Origin: Macrostomum lignano
Lineage: Eukaryota
Direction of reading: 5' to 3'
Length of the DNA: 64,000 nucleotides
NCBI GenBank assembly: GCA_002269645.1
Contig: NIVC01000412.1
Coordinates: forward strand, 496,001 to 560,000
The notes under the pieces were generated by a model. It was given only the letters and a program-made list of their open reading frames with translations, searched no databases and was not told where the DNA came from. Every line of letters starts with the position of its first letter. The stretch's first letter is position 1. This document shows, one piece after another, positions 1-11,200 of the stretch. Position numbers and translations under genes: made by a program.

Positions 1-941
1 CTGCTGGGGGGTGCCTGCTATCTGGGGGATGCTTGCTTTCGGGGGATGCTTGCTATCTGGGGGATGCTTGCTTTCGGGGGATGCTTGCTATCTGGGGGAT
101 GCTTGCTATCTGGGGATGCTTGCTATCTGGGGGATGCTTGCTATCTGGGGGATTCTTGCTATTTGGGGGATGCTTGCTAACTGGGGGATGCTTGCTATCT
201 GGGGGATGCTTTCTGTCTGGGGGATACTTGCTATCTGGGGGATGCTTGCTATTTGGGGGATGCTTGCTATTTGGGGGATGCTTGCTATCTGGGGGATGCT
301 TGCTATCTGGGGGATGCTTGCTATCTGGGGGATGCTTGCTATCTGAGGGATGCTTGCTATCTGAGGGATGCCTGCTATCTTTGGGATGATTGCTGTCTGG
401 GGGATGCCTGCTGTCTGGGGGATGTCTGCTATCTGGGGGATGCCTGCTGTCTGGGGGATGCCTGCTGTCTGGGGGATGTCTGCTATCTGGGGGATGCTTG
501 CTATCTGGAGGATGCTTGCTATCTGGAGGATGCTTGCTCTCTGAGGGATGCTTGCTATCTGAGGGATGCTTGCTATCTGGAGGATGCTTGCTATCTGGGG
601 GATGCTTGCTATCTGGGGGATGCTTGCTATCTGGGGGATGCTTGCTATCTGGGGGATGCTTGCTATCTGAGGGGGGTGGTTGCTGTCTGGGGAATGTTTT
701 CGATTTAGGGGGAATGCCTTTTATCTCTTTGAGGGCTTTATTTTGTTGCGTCCTTTAGTTACTTTTAGAAGCACGAGATTCATAGCAAGCATCTTTGTCC
801 TTGACAATTGTACTCGAAAAGGGGATTTATAAAAGTGAAGAAGGAATTGTTTCCTAAGAAAATGTGTTTTTTTAATGGATTTGCTTGAATAATTTTGCTC
901 CTTGCTTATTGGGCGCCCCAAAGGGGGCACTAGATTGCTAG
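1..941 (+). mobile_element. Helitron-like non-autonomous element: 18-bp minisatellite (GGGGGATGCTTGCTATCT)n at 1-~690 plus a ~250-bp tail ending in a GC hairpin and CTAG; 5' end outside the window; lies in a TLK intron
   Basis: Tandem 18-mer seen directly. The tail (700-941) recurs inverted at ~35460-35720 and degenerate at ~11000-11200, each time next to the same 18-mer. It ends GCCCC-AAAG-GGGGC (915-928) then CTAG|T (938-942), the layout of a Helitron 3' end. Class assignment is inference. Confidence 0.6.
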
Positions 942-1074
942 TTCTAAATTCCTAAACCCCAATCTAAATCGTTATTGTAAAAATAAGCAGAGCAGACAGC
1001 AGAGCCAGTCAGAGTGACAACTCTCCAAAAGTTCAGGTTAGTGGGCTAAAAGAAAGTAAAGCTCAACGCGGTAC

Positions 1075-4000
1075 CTTGCTAGAAATTTTTGGTGCCTCTG
1101 GCCCGGTCTCAAAGCACTCAGGCGGCAGGTACCAGTAAGTTCCGGCGCCCTGACTAGTGAGGTCCATTCCGGAGTCCGCCTGGAACTTGTCCTCTGTCAT
1201 CACTTTGCTCAGGCCGAAGTCCGTCAGCTTGATGTCGGCAACTGAGTCGCCTTCGCCTAGCAGAATGTTGCCGGGCTTCAGGTCGTAGTGAATGACTGGC
1301 GGCCGGCGCTGGTTCAGGTACTTGAGAGCGCTCACCACCTGACAGAAGTTCAATTAATGTAGTTGTACTTAGTTAGGTTTGCTATCATAGCAACTATCGA
1401 TTAATAGTAGTTCCCAAGGCAAGTAATAAGTACACCTGAACCTACCTGATCATGCACTTCCTGGCCATAGCAACGAAAGATTTACACCCATCATAAAACA
1501 ATGCCAATCTCCATAGCAACCAAAGATTTACACCCATCATAAAACAAAGCCAATCTCCATAGCAACCAAAGATTTACACCCATCATAAAACAAACCCAAT
1601 CGCCATAGCAACCAAAGATTTACAGTTTACACCCATCATAAAACAAACCCAATCTCCATAGCAACCAAATGTAGCAACAACAAGAGATTCAATTAAACCA
1701 AAGCTCATACATACCTGACAAATTACATTCCGGGCCTCTCTTTCCGGCAGGCTTTTGTTCTGTTTAAGATAAAAGTCCAAATCGCAGCCCTTGGAATACT
1801 CCAGCACAGTGCAGAAGCAGTCGCTATCAATATCGAACACATCGTAGACTTTCACAATTCTCGGGTGCTGTAAAGTTTTGTGAATTTCAATCTCTCGAAC
1901 AGCGTGCCGAATGTAATTGTCCTTCTTCTCCTTGGGCCAAGACGGGCTCAGCTGGTGGATTTTGCATGCGACAAATCTGTGCTCGGTCATGTCGTAGGCT
2001 TTGTGCACCTGCCGATTGGGTAGACAATTAAGGATATAATTGGGTAGACAATCACGGAAATAATTGGGTAGACAATTAGGGATGTGGGTAGACAATTAGG
2101 GATATAATTGGGTAAACAATTAGGGATATAATGAGGTAGACAATTAGGGATATAATTGGGTAAACAATTAGGGATATAATGAGGTAGACAATTAGGGGTA
2201 TATTTGGGTAAAGAATTAGGGACGCAATTAAGCAGATAATTAGGATACAATTGGGCAGACAATTAGGTATAAATAATTGGGCAGACAATTGGGGATATAA
2301 TTGGGTACACAGTTAGGGATAAAATTGGGTAGACAATTAGGGACATAATTAGGTAGACAATTAGGGATATATTTGGGCAGAAAATTAGAGATGTGGGTAG
2401 ACAAATATTGATATAATTGGGTAGACAATTAGGGACATAATTGGGTAGACAATTAGTGAAATAATTGGGTAGACAATTAGGGATATAATTGGGTAGACAA
2501 TTAGGTATATAATAGGGTAGACAATTAGGGATATAATTGGGTAGACAATTAGGTATATAATAGGGTAGAAAATTAGGGATATAATAGGGTAGACAATTAG
2601 ATATATAATTGGGTAGACAATTAGGTATAAATAATTGGGCAGACAATTGGGGATATAATTGGGTAGACAATTAGTGAAATAATTGGGTAGACAATTAGGG
2701 ATGCAATTAGGCAGATAATTAGAGGATATAATTGGGTAGAAAATTAGTGAAATAATTGGGTAGACAATTAGGGATGCAATTAGGCAGATAATTAGGGATA
2801 TAATTGGGTAGACAGTTAGGGATATAATTGGGTAGATAATTAGGGATATTCTAAGCACACAGACCTCGGAGAAGCCGCCCTTGCCCAGCAGGGACAGCAG
2901 CATGTATCGATCGTGCAACTCCTGGTTGCCCTTGAACCGGCTGCTGTCCTCATTCTGTATCCGCTTCATCTCCCGGATGTGCACATTTCGCTCTCTATCC
3001 AGTTTTTCAACTTCATCGCGCAGATCTTTCTCGTCTTTGACCAGCGCCTGGCGTTGAATATCGTAGATTTCCAACTGGGTGAAGAACTCGTCTGCGTCCA
3101 CTTCGGAGTGCTTGCCGGCGGAGGAGGTGGACCTGCGAGTTGGCCAGGGTGGGGAGGGGGGTGACTGACCTTCAATTGTGCCGCGAAGTTGCGGGACTTC
3201 GATGGGATCAGAGCTTAATATCGTATTTTTGGGGACTAATAAAAATGAGTATTAATACGGGGGAGTTTGCAGATGGGATAATTATCCCAGTTTACAGTTG
3301 GGATAATCAGGCCACTAACCTTGACGATGCCGACTTTGTTGTGGTGCCGCCAGCGGCCGGCTTTCGCTTCATCCACAGCCGCCGCTCCTTCTCAATGCGC
3401 TCCTTGCCGTGCTCAATCTCCTGCCTACGACGGTGCGCCTCCTCGAAGGCGAAGCCGTCGAACCATTTGTCCAGCAGGTCGGAGCCGTGCCGAACAATCT
3501 GGAACTGTCCCAGCCGCAGGCGGTTCTCCCGACACCGGTCGCGCACTGCCCGACGCTCCTGACGCGACTTCTCGGCTAGCAGAGCTCGCAGCACCTCTCG
3601 GCCGCGCTCCTGATTCTCCCGCAGGGTTTCAATCAGCTTGTGCTGATTGGCCACCTGACGCTCCAGCTGTTCGCGAGCCTTCAACAGCGCTGCCAGCTGC
3701 TCGGACTGCTGTTGTTGCTGTCCGGTGGCCGCACCCGCCTGGAGCTGGCTGGAGGATCCGCCTAGCGACTGCTCCTGCTGCACAGCTGCTGAAGAAGACT
3801 GCTGCTGCAGCTGGTTGTACAGCAGAGCGGCTGCCGCGTCGTGCTGGCTGCAGCTGTCGCTGCCGCTGTTGTTGCGATAGTCGACTAGCATTGGAGTGGG
3901 ACTCGAACTCCCGACCTGCGGCAGCTGCTGAGGCGGGGAGAGTTTCTCATTGTCGGCGCCGGAAATCGCCGGCTTTAAAGAATTTGCGGAAGCAGCAGAC

Positions 4001-4803
4001 GAAGCAGTGGTTGCTGGTGTCTGCTGCTGTTGCTGAAGTTTCTTCCGCTTGCCCGGAGGTCGTTTGGCGCTTCCGCCTCCGGCGTTGCCCGAGCTTAACA
4101 GGCCACCGTCGCTGCTTCGGCTACCACTGTTGCTGTTGTTGTCTTCTTCTGAGTTGTTGGTGCTGCCGGCTTGCTGCTGTTGCTGCTGCTGCTGGGCAGA
4201 CTGAGTCAATAGTTGAGCAGCTTTACTCACACCAGTAGGCGCCAACAATGGAGGCGGAGGAGGGGGCGGAGGCGGGGGCGGAAGCGACACCAAAGGCTTG
4301 TTGGCCGAATAGAACTCGTCAATTCGGCGAATTCCTCCGGTTGTTGAAACGCTGCTACCGCCGCCGCTGCCGCTGCCGCCTCCGCCGCCGACGCCTCCGT
4401 CTGGGGCTCGGCGCTTTCGCGGCTTGCCGGGAGTCCTGGCAGCGGTTGCGGTGGACACCGTGGCGGTGGTGCCGGCCGCCTCCTGCAGGCTCTGACTGTT
4501 GCTATTGGCTAGGGAGGCCACAGGCGGCGCTGAAGTTGTCACCGCAGAGGCTGTCGACTGCGGCGGCTGAGGCGGCGGGTTCGACAGGGAAGCATCCGGG
4601 TTGACAGACGAGGACTGGGAGGAGGACTGGGAGAAGGCGCCGTTGCGGCCGACACCGGAGGTTATGGGGGCGGCTGTTGATGCTGTTGATGCTGCTGCCG
4701 CTGCGGAAGCTGAGTTGGCGGCTGGCAGCGAAGCGGAACCAGCTGAGGAGCCTTGGAAACGGGCTTCCAGCAGCTCCTGTTTCCGCGAGTCCATGTGCAG
4801 TGC
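1075..4803 (-). CDS. TLK: Tousled-like Ser/Thr kinase, partial (3' exons beyond window start). Exons 4803-3320, 3132-2865, 2008-1715, 1338-1075
   Basis: N-terminal [10 protein letters not shown] (TLK signature [10 protein letters not shown]), coiled-coil region, and kinase motifs [50 protein letters not shown]. All junctions are GT-AG and phases are consistent (1484, 268, 294, 264 nt). Confidence 0.96.
1466..1675. repeat. 46-bp tandem repeat (~4 copies) in TLK intron 1714-1339
   Basis: CATAGCAAC starts at 1466, 1512, 1558, 1604 and 1657. Confidence 0.9.
2015..2848. repeat. ~24-bp minisatellite (GGGTAGACAATTAGGGATATAATT)n filling almost all of TLK intron 2864-2009
   Basis: Direct inspection; the array stops a few nt from the acceptor. 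Confidence 0.95.
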
Positions 4804-5699
4804 CTGTAAATTGTTGAATTATTAGCCAATGAGACTACATTATATTTGCATAGATTTGCGCACCGACTCACACACAACAGCGACCCTGATTGTATCATCA
4901 TTAATTATAAGGTGTGTACAAATTATAAAATTAAGTTCAGTCAAATAAAATACGCCAGAAATCCAAAACTAAAAAACTAAAAATTGGCACTGGTAGTTCT
5001 GAAAGTCAATTTCAACAATTTATTATTTATTTCTAACCCACAAAGCAAGCAGTTTTGCCCGCTCCATTAGTGAAACTGAGAAATGTCTATACAGATACAA
5101 AATTTATAGCAAGTATGATTTTTGGCAATTGCTATATATATGTTAGGTAAATTATCTAAGACTATTTAAGATGAAGGCATATATATTTTAGGAACTAAGA
5201 AACCAATATTGTTGTTTCTATAATAAGCTATAAATAAAGATGTGTTTAGAATAAAAAAACATGGGAAGACAACATTTTTGTGCCTATATTAGGACATATT
5301 CAACATATCCCTATTATACACAAACTAATATGCTCTATCTATAGAGATTTTATTGAACAATAGAAAATTTTAAACACTAGAAAAACCATACAAATATTTA
5401 AAACACTAATACAAAATTAAGTCTTGTTTGAAATGCAAACAAAATATCCAAATTGAAAAATCATTACAAGTTGATTATCCCTAAACAGAACACAAAAATC
5501 TTGCATTTAGAAAGCTTTTTTTACAAAAAAAAATTATTTTTACAAAGACATTTTTACAAAAATGGAGATGAAAAAATTATTGCCATAGATTGTTGAGGTT
5601 GTGTAACACTACCCCTGACCTTTGCGCACATTTCTTGCTGTAGCTCTTGAATAAAAAAAGATATCAACATGATTTTAACTTTGTATTCTTTGTGACAAA

Positions 5700-5793
5700 A
5701 TTTCCTTTCATTTGACACCATGGGCGTGAAATTTCATGGCTCTGTTGAAGAGTTACGTTAGACATTCTGGGAACTTTTGGGACACCCCTCGTA
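5700..5793 (-). mobile_element. Solo Tc1/mariner-type terminal inverted repeat relic
   Basis: Minus strand reads TA-CGAGGGGTGTCCCAAAAGT, nearly the same as the TIR at 61611. No partner end found; the internal boundary is arbitrary. Confidence 0.45.
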
Positions 5794-6569
5794 TATCTTA
5801 TAGCCAATGTGGTAGGTTTTTAACAGTGATTATAGAGATAAGAGCCACTTGTATGCCAAAAAAATAAGTATATACCAAAAAGAAGCATACATCATTTTTT
5901 AAAAATCTGTTGACTAAAAGTCATTTAATGTGACAACCTAATAATTTCATGCTTTTCTAAGATTTATACAAAAGTTCCATTTTTAATTGTAAAAAATTGC
6001 AATATGCCTTATTTTATTTTTTAGAAAACTTGTTTTTTATTTCATAAATTTGTTATTGTATAAATATTAAATATATTCTGTATATTTTGTAGTAGTGCTT
6101 CAATACTGTACAAATTTTTAGCAATAAATGTACAATTTCCGAGAAACTAAACTTGCACAAATACTAGATAAATATTTTGTTTTAATGCATCAAATCTATT
6201 TGTTTTAATGTACTGAATATTTTGCTTTAAATAAATCGTGGAATTATTTTTTTTAATTGTACGGGGGGAAACCATTATATATAGGAGCCATTTGAGTCGA
6301 AATAAAACCAATTGTCTAAGCTTTGATAAACACTTATTTGCAAGCAAATAACAGTTCAAGCTATAAAATCCTTAGAGACTTTGGAGTTCAGAGCAACTTA
6401 TTCATTTAAGAAAGACTGAGAAACATTTTTTCTAAGAAATTTGCTAAGAGAGGGAATTGGGACTAATTCTCGGAGATATACTAAGAGAGGCGCCGTGACC
6501 CTCTAGTCTCAATGAACACCCAATTAGGACTAACTAACTCATGTACCAATACTAGACCACTCAGGCCAT

Positions 6570-6710
6570 ACATAAGACACTACCAGAGCTATACATAAGA
6601 AGCTACCAGAGCCATACATAAGAAGCTACCAGAGCCATAAATAAGAAGCTACCAGAGCCATACATACGAAGCTACCAGAGCTATACATAAGACACTACCA
6701 GAGATATGAA
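6570..6710. repeat. 23-bp tandem repeat (CTACCAGAGCCATACATAAGAAG)n, ~6 copies
   Basis: TACCAGAG recurs with period 23 (6581, 6604, ...). Confidence 0.85.
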
Positions 6711-7552
6711 ATTCTAAGAAACAGTTAGAAGTATTAAGACAGAAGCTAAACTGAGAACAACTTTGGTGGCAGCTTGTATGAAATTTAATAAACACTAGTA
6801 TCAATAGTTAGGATTTAAAAAGGCAGAGCCATAAGCCCTGTCACAGCTGGTGGCTTAACTGCGGGATTGAAATATTTAGAATAGGAAGAAATAGCCCTAT
6901 TGCAATTTAGCATAACATGTAAAGAAAAATAATAAACTTTGTTTTTCTTTTGACCTATGATTTTAACTATTTTAATTTTAAATGTCTTGTTGAATCAAAA
7001 TTGATAAGCAATACTTAAACAAAATTGATATACTTTCTTGCCTTAAATCTAAGAAAGTGCCTTAAGGCAAAATATCTAACTATGTAAACTATGTAATTAT
7101 TTAGAAAAAAATTTTTTTATAGTCCTATAATGCACTTTGGATCTAAGACTAAATTTAATAGATATCGTTACAAAAGTTTTAGCTATTCTAGCTTTATTAG
7201 ACTTTTAAATGAATTAATATGGGATAAAAAAGCTAAAAATGATATAATTTATTGTTCTACAAGTAATTAGCCCTTTATAGTAAATTGTGAACTGTTGGAC
7301 AGATGATTTTTTCTGTCATATATATATATGCTGACAGTTGTTTGGTGATAAAAAATAACTATCAGCATTGTTTATGCCTCTGCTATGTGTTCAGTTGTTT
7401 TAAAATTCATAAGCAGCTGTTAAAAATATAGAACTAGAAGTTTAACACAGACTGCTTTTTGAAGCTTTGTTCAATCTACTCTGGCTGTCCGGAAAATCGT
7501 GAGAGTGTATTTAAAAAACCAGTCAGAACTATCAGAAAACACAATAACTGTA

Positions 7553-8984
7553 CTAGTTGGTAATGTAATCTCCCCTTGCATTGATTACAGCTTGGCAATG
7601 GTCAACGAGTTGCTAAACCTCTCTTTTCAAGCAATCTTTGTCAAGGCCTCTTGCCCGTTGCAACGCAGCTTCTCAAACTTCATTGTGGTAGCTGAACACT
7701 CGCCTGGAGAAATCAGTCTTCATCCAACTAAACAAAAAACGGTCGCACAAATTGAAGTCTGGGCTGTAAGGACTCTGAAACACCAGCTGAACTCCACGGG
7801 ACTCCATGTACTGCTGCACAGAACAAGCCACATGAGATTGCGCATTGTCCCACTGCCAAAGAACATCCAACAGATGAATTGGCTTTGACCTGAGAGTACG
7901 CCATAGGTCTCCAGTGTGCCGAATGAACTCAACTATGCCATTTGCATCAACAGTTTGCTTTGGGGCTGTGGATTCAATGGAGAAGCACTTGTTTGGAGTA
8001 AAAGCAACCAGAAGCATTGTCTTTGCATTGCCGAATGAGTGCCTGACAACCTGGGGCCCATGATCCCCTTGGCCAAGCCAGCACCTGTTGTTTTGCTTTG
8101 TGCCAGTGTTGTTCAGGTACATCCACGTCTCATCCTCCACCACGTACTTGTCGCAAAAGTTTTCCATTAGAGGTCGGACGGGATCCCAATCCCAAAATCT
8201 CGGGATCCCGAGGAAAATTGAATTCCCGCGGGACCAGACTCCCAACCCTAAAAAACTCGAGATTCGGGAACAGGTCTTTTGATTAAAAATTTATAGAATT
8301 AGTGATTACTTGAAGGTATTTTGCTTTAACTTGTACTCGTTACATTATTTACTTTGTTGGTTACAAAACTTCATATCAATTTCGTTGTGTTTTACTTCTT
8401 GATCTTTACAATCTTTTCTCAATTTTGTTTAACTTTACATGGACAATACACTAAAAGACCTGATCCCGATTCCCGATCCCGATCCCGAGAAAAAAATTAT
8501 TCCCGATCTCGCCCGAAGATTTCAATCCCGTCCGACCTCCCGTTTTCCATGCCCTCATTGTAAAAAGCCTGCGAATTTGCTTGGCACAATTGATGTGAGC
8601 AGTCTTGTTTTCCTCAGATAAAGCATGCAAAACCCAGATAGCAGAAATGTTTTGAAGGTACAAATCCTCAGTAAAAATTTCGTGCACTGTTGTTTTTCTA
8701 ACTTCCAAAAAGTCAGTGAGGTCTTGGACACTAACTTTTGGATCCTCTTCAACAAGAGCTTGGCAGGTTTTGATCCATTCCACTGTCTTTGTTGACCATG
8801 GCCAGCCAGTCTGAGGAGCTGAGACCAGGGGAAATGCTTTGTTACGGAACTTCAAATACTATCTGTAAACTGTTGACTGACCTGGTGCAGCATCTCTATA
8901 AACTTTAAGCAGCTTGTCATGACAGCTGATAGCGGAGATTCCAAGACGGTATCTAGCATAGGCATAACCCTGGAAGTCATCCAT
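7553..8984 (-). pseudogene. Mariner transposase pseudogene
   Basis: HTH region MDDFQGYAYARYRLGIS..., then EDETW, WDNAQSH and YSPDFNLCD with exactly 34 residues between the last two Asp, and C-terminal VINARGDYITN*. Disrupted by stops at ~8860, ~7674 and ~7614, a 1-nt deletion near 8563, and the MITE insertion. Confidence 0.92.
8168..8541. mobile_element. 374-bp MITE nested in the mariner transposase
   Basis: TIR core GAGGTCGGACGGGAT (8170-8184) / ATCCCGTCCGACCTC (8525-8539); flanking direct repeat GTTTTCCAT at 8159-8167 and 8542-8550. Confidence 0.92.
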
Positions 8985-9989
8985 TTTGAAAATCTTGCTG
9001 TCAAAATTTTCAAGCTTGATCATTGCATTGCATTTGCTATTGAGCACTTTATACTGAGCTCGCCCCTGCCCCAATTTTGCTACTAGAATAATAAGAATTT
9101 TCACCATAGACATCTATGAGTCTATTATTGAATTTTTATGTGTGCGACATTAACAGCTTGCTGCTTTCTTGCTTAATCGACACATTCTCACGACTTTCCA
9201 GACAGCCAAAGTATTATGGTTCAAAAGTTACAAGTGCTTAAAGTTCAAAAACATGATGGGACCCTCTTGTAGAATGACTCAACTATATCCAAATTTGGTT
9301 GATAGTTGCTTTGTCCATTGCCAGTTCATTTGCTATTCTTTTTATCTACAAAAATACAATGGGCCTAGTTGTTTTCCATACACTAAAATGAATATATATC
9401 TAATGTTTAGAGGTTTAAGGTAACTAATAATATTAGAAGATACCTCTAACATCCACCTATACTTAAATCTCTAAAGTCTTTTTTCCATACACTAAAATTG
9501 GTTTGTTGGTAGGTATCTATGTGATCAATTAGAAAAGAAATGGCTCAACCAATTTTCTTCCAAATTGCACTGTTCAATCAGAATTTTTTATGTAATGGTA
9601 CATGCATTATGGCTAAGAAATTGCCTAATGCTAAAGGGATTAAATATTCAAAAAAACATGCTTTTTGCAAAGGTCAAGCAGCTCTTTTGACTTGAAATGC
9701 ATTGTAAGAATGCTAGAGAAAAACTGACTGGTTGAATTCTGATTCTAAAATATATTGCATCACAATAGGCTTTTTATTTATTGTCTATGTATACTGGCTA
9801 AATTTTGACACTAAATTGAATTGCATCACAATGTTGAGTATGGAAGCATAGCACAATACTAGGTTTATATTGTGTAACCATATTGTTAACTTTATTACAG
9901 ACTGGTACACTATTGACTTGCCTAAGAAATTGATTATGTCATAAATACTTGGTGTGACTTTTACTTTGACTTGGTATGAGTGTAAGTGC

Positions 9990-10465
9990 TAAGTGTAACC
10001 AAGGATTACTGCACTTGATAAACCAAGAATTACTATACTTAATAAACCAAGGATTATTGCACTTGATAAAGATTATTGCACTTGTTAAAACAAGGATTAC
10101 TGCACCTGATAAACCAAGGATTAATGGACTTGATAAACAAAGGATTATTGCACTTGATTAACTATGGATTATTGCACTTGATAAACCAAGGATTACCACA
10201 CTTGATAAACCAAGAATTACTGCACTTGATAAACACAGGATTATCACACTTGATAAACCAAGCATTACTGCACTTGATAAACCAAAGACAATTCCACTTG
10301 ATAAATCAAGGATTACTGCACTGGATAAACCAAGGATTACTGTGCTTAATAAACCAAGAATTATTGTACTTGATAAACCAAGTATTATTAGACTTGATAA
10401 ACCAAGAATTACTGCACTTGATAGACCAAGGATTATTGAACTTGATAGAGCAAGGAATTCTGCAC
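9990..10465. repeat. 24-bp minisatellite (AAACCAAGGATTACTGCACTTGAT)n, ~19 degenerate copies
   Basis: 8-aa periodicity (NQGLLHLI) in the ORF track and direct inspection. Confidence 0.9.
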
Positions 10466-10669
10466 TAGCTTAGAAATGGACTAATGCACTAGCTAAGATA
10501 TCAATTTTGTACTTGATGAGTAAAGGATTATTGCACTAGCTGAGAAGCATATTATTGTGCTGGAATAAAAAGATTTTTGTGCTAGCTAAGATATAGATTA
10601 TTGCACAACCTAACAAAAGCAATTATTGCATTAGCGGAAGAAATATTTACATTAGCTACTTATTGTCTA

Positions 10670-11200
10670 GTGGATGCTTGCTATCTAAGGATGCTTGCTA
10701 TTGTATCTGGAGGGGGGATGCTTGCTATTGTATCCGGAAAGGGGATGCTTGCTCCTGAGGGGGAGGGGGTGCTTGCTATTTAAAAAAGGGGGTACTAGCT
10801 ATACATATATCTACATGTATAGGATTCTTTCTATCTAGGGATGCTTGCTATTTAGGAATTCTGAAGGATGCTTGCTATCTGGATAGATCCTTGTTATCTA
10901 GGGGGATGCTTGCTATCTGGAAGGATGCTTGCTATCTAGATGGATGCTTGCTACTTGGGGGGGGATACTTACTATCTGGGGAATGCTTACTATCTAAGGG
11001 GATATGTTTTATTTATTAGGGGGAATATCTGTTATCTTTATGAAAACTTTATTTTATTGTCTTTCTGTAAAGTTTAGAGAAAAAGAGATTTATGGTAGGC
11101 ATCTTTGTTTATGACAATTGTACTCAAATAAGGTAATTTAAAAAAACTGAAAAAATTGTTAGAACTATGTAAAAATAAAGTTAGAAGTATCAGCAAATAA
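10670..11200 (+). mobile_element. Degenerate copy of the 18-bp-minisatellite Helitron-like element
   Basis: GGATGCTTGCTATCT units followed by a tail matching 700-850 (e.g. GAGATT..ATCTTTGT..GACAATTGTACTC). No terminal hairpin seen. Confidence 0.65.

Larger units (their letters stand above)
7479..9211 (-). mobile_element. Full-length but defective mariner (DD34D) DNA transposon, interrupted by a MITE
   Basis: ~30-bp imperfect TIRs (CTCTGGCTGTCCGGAAAATCGTGAGAGTG at 7479; CATTCTCACGACTTTCCAGACAGCCAAAG ending 9211), flanked by TA at 7477-78 and 9212-13. About 1350 bp once the MITE is removed. Confidence 0.93.

Noticed and set aside
11-758. Long ORFs such as LGDACY/WGMLAI repeats, and the similar ORFs at 21.7-22.6, 30.7-31.4, 32.0-33.0, 33.4-35.3, 43.1-44.1, 44.6-49.4, 49.7-50.3, 57.0-59.1 and 63.0-64.0 kb
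   Set aside because: They are stop-free translations of tandem repeats, open in several frames and on both strands, mostly inside introns of well-supported genes.
3133-3319. 16-bp perfect palindrome TGGGATAATTATCCCA (3274-3289) and an internal GTCAGT donor suggesting a micro-exon in TLK intron 1
   Set aside because: Candidate micro-exons either shift the frame (44 nt) or contain a stop (66 nt), while direct splicing is in phase. No snoRNA box layout is evident.
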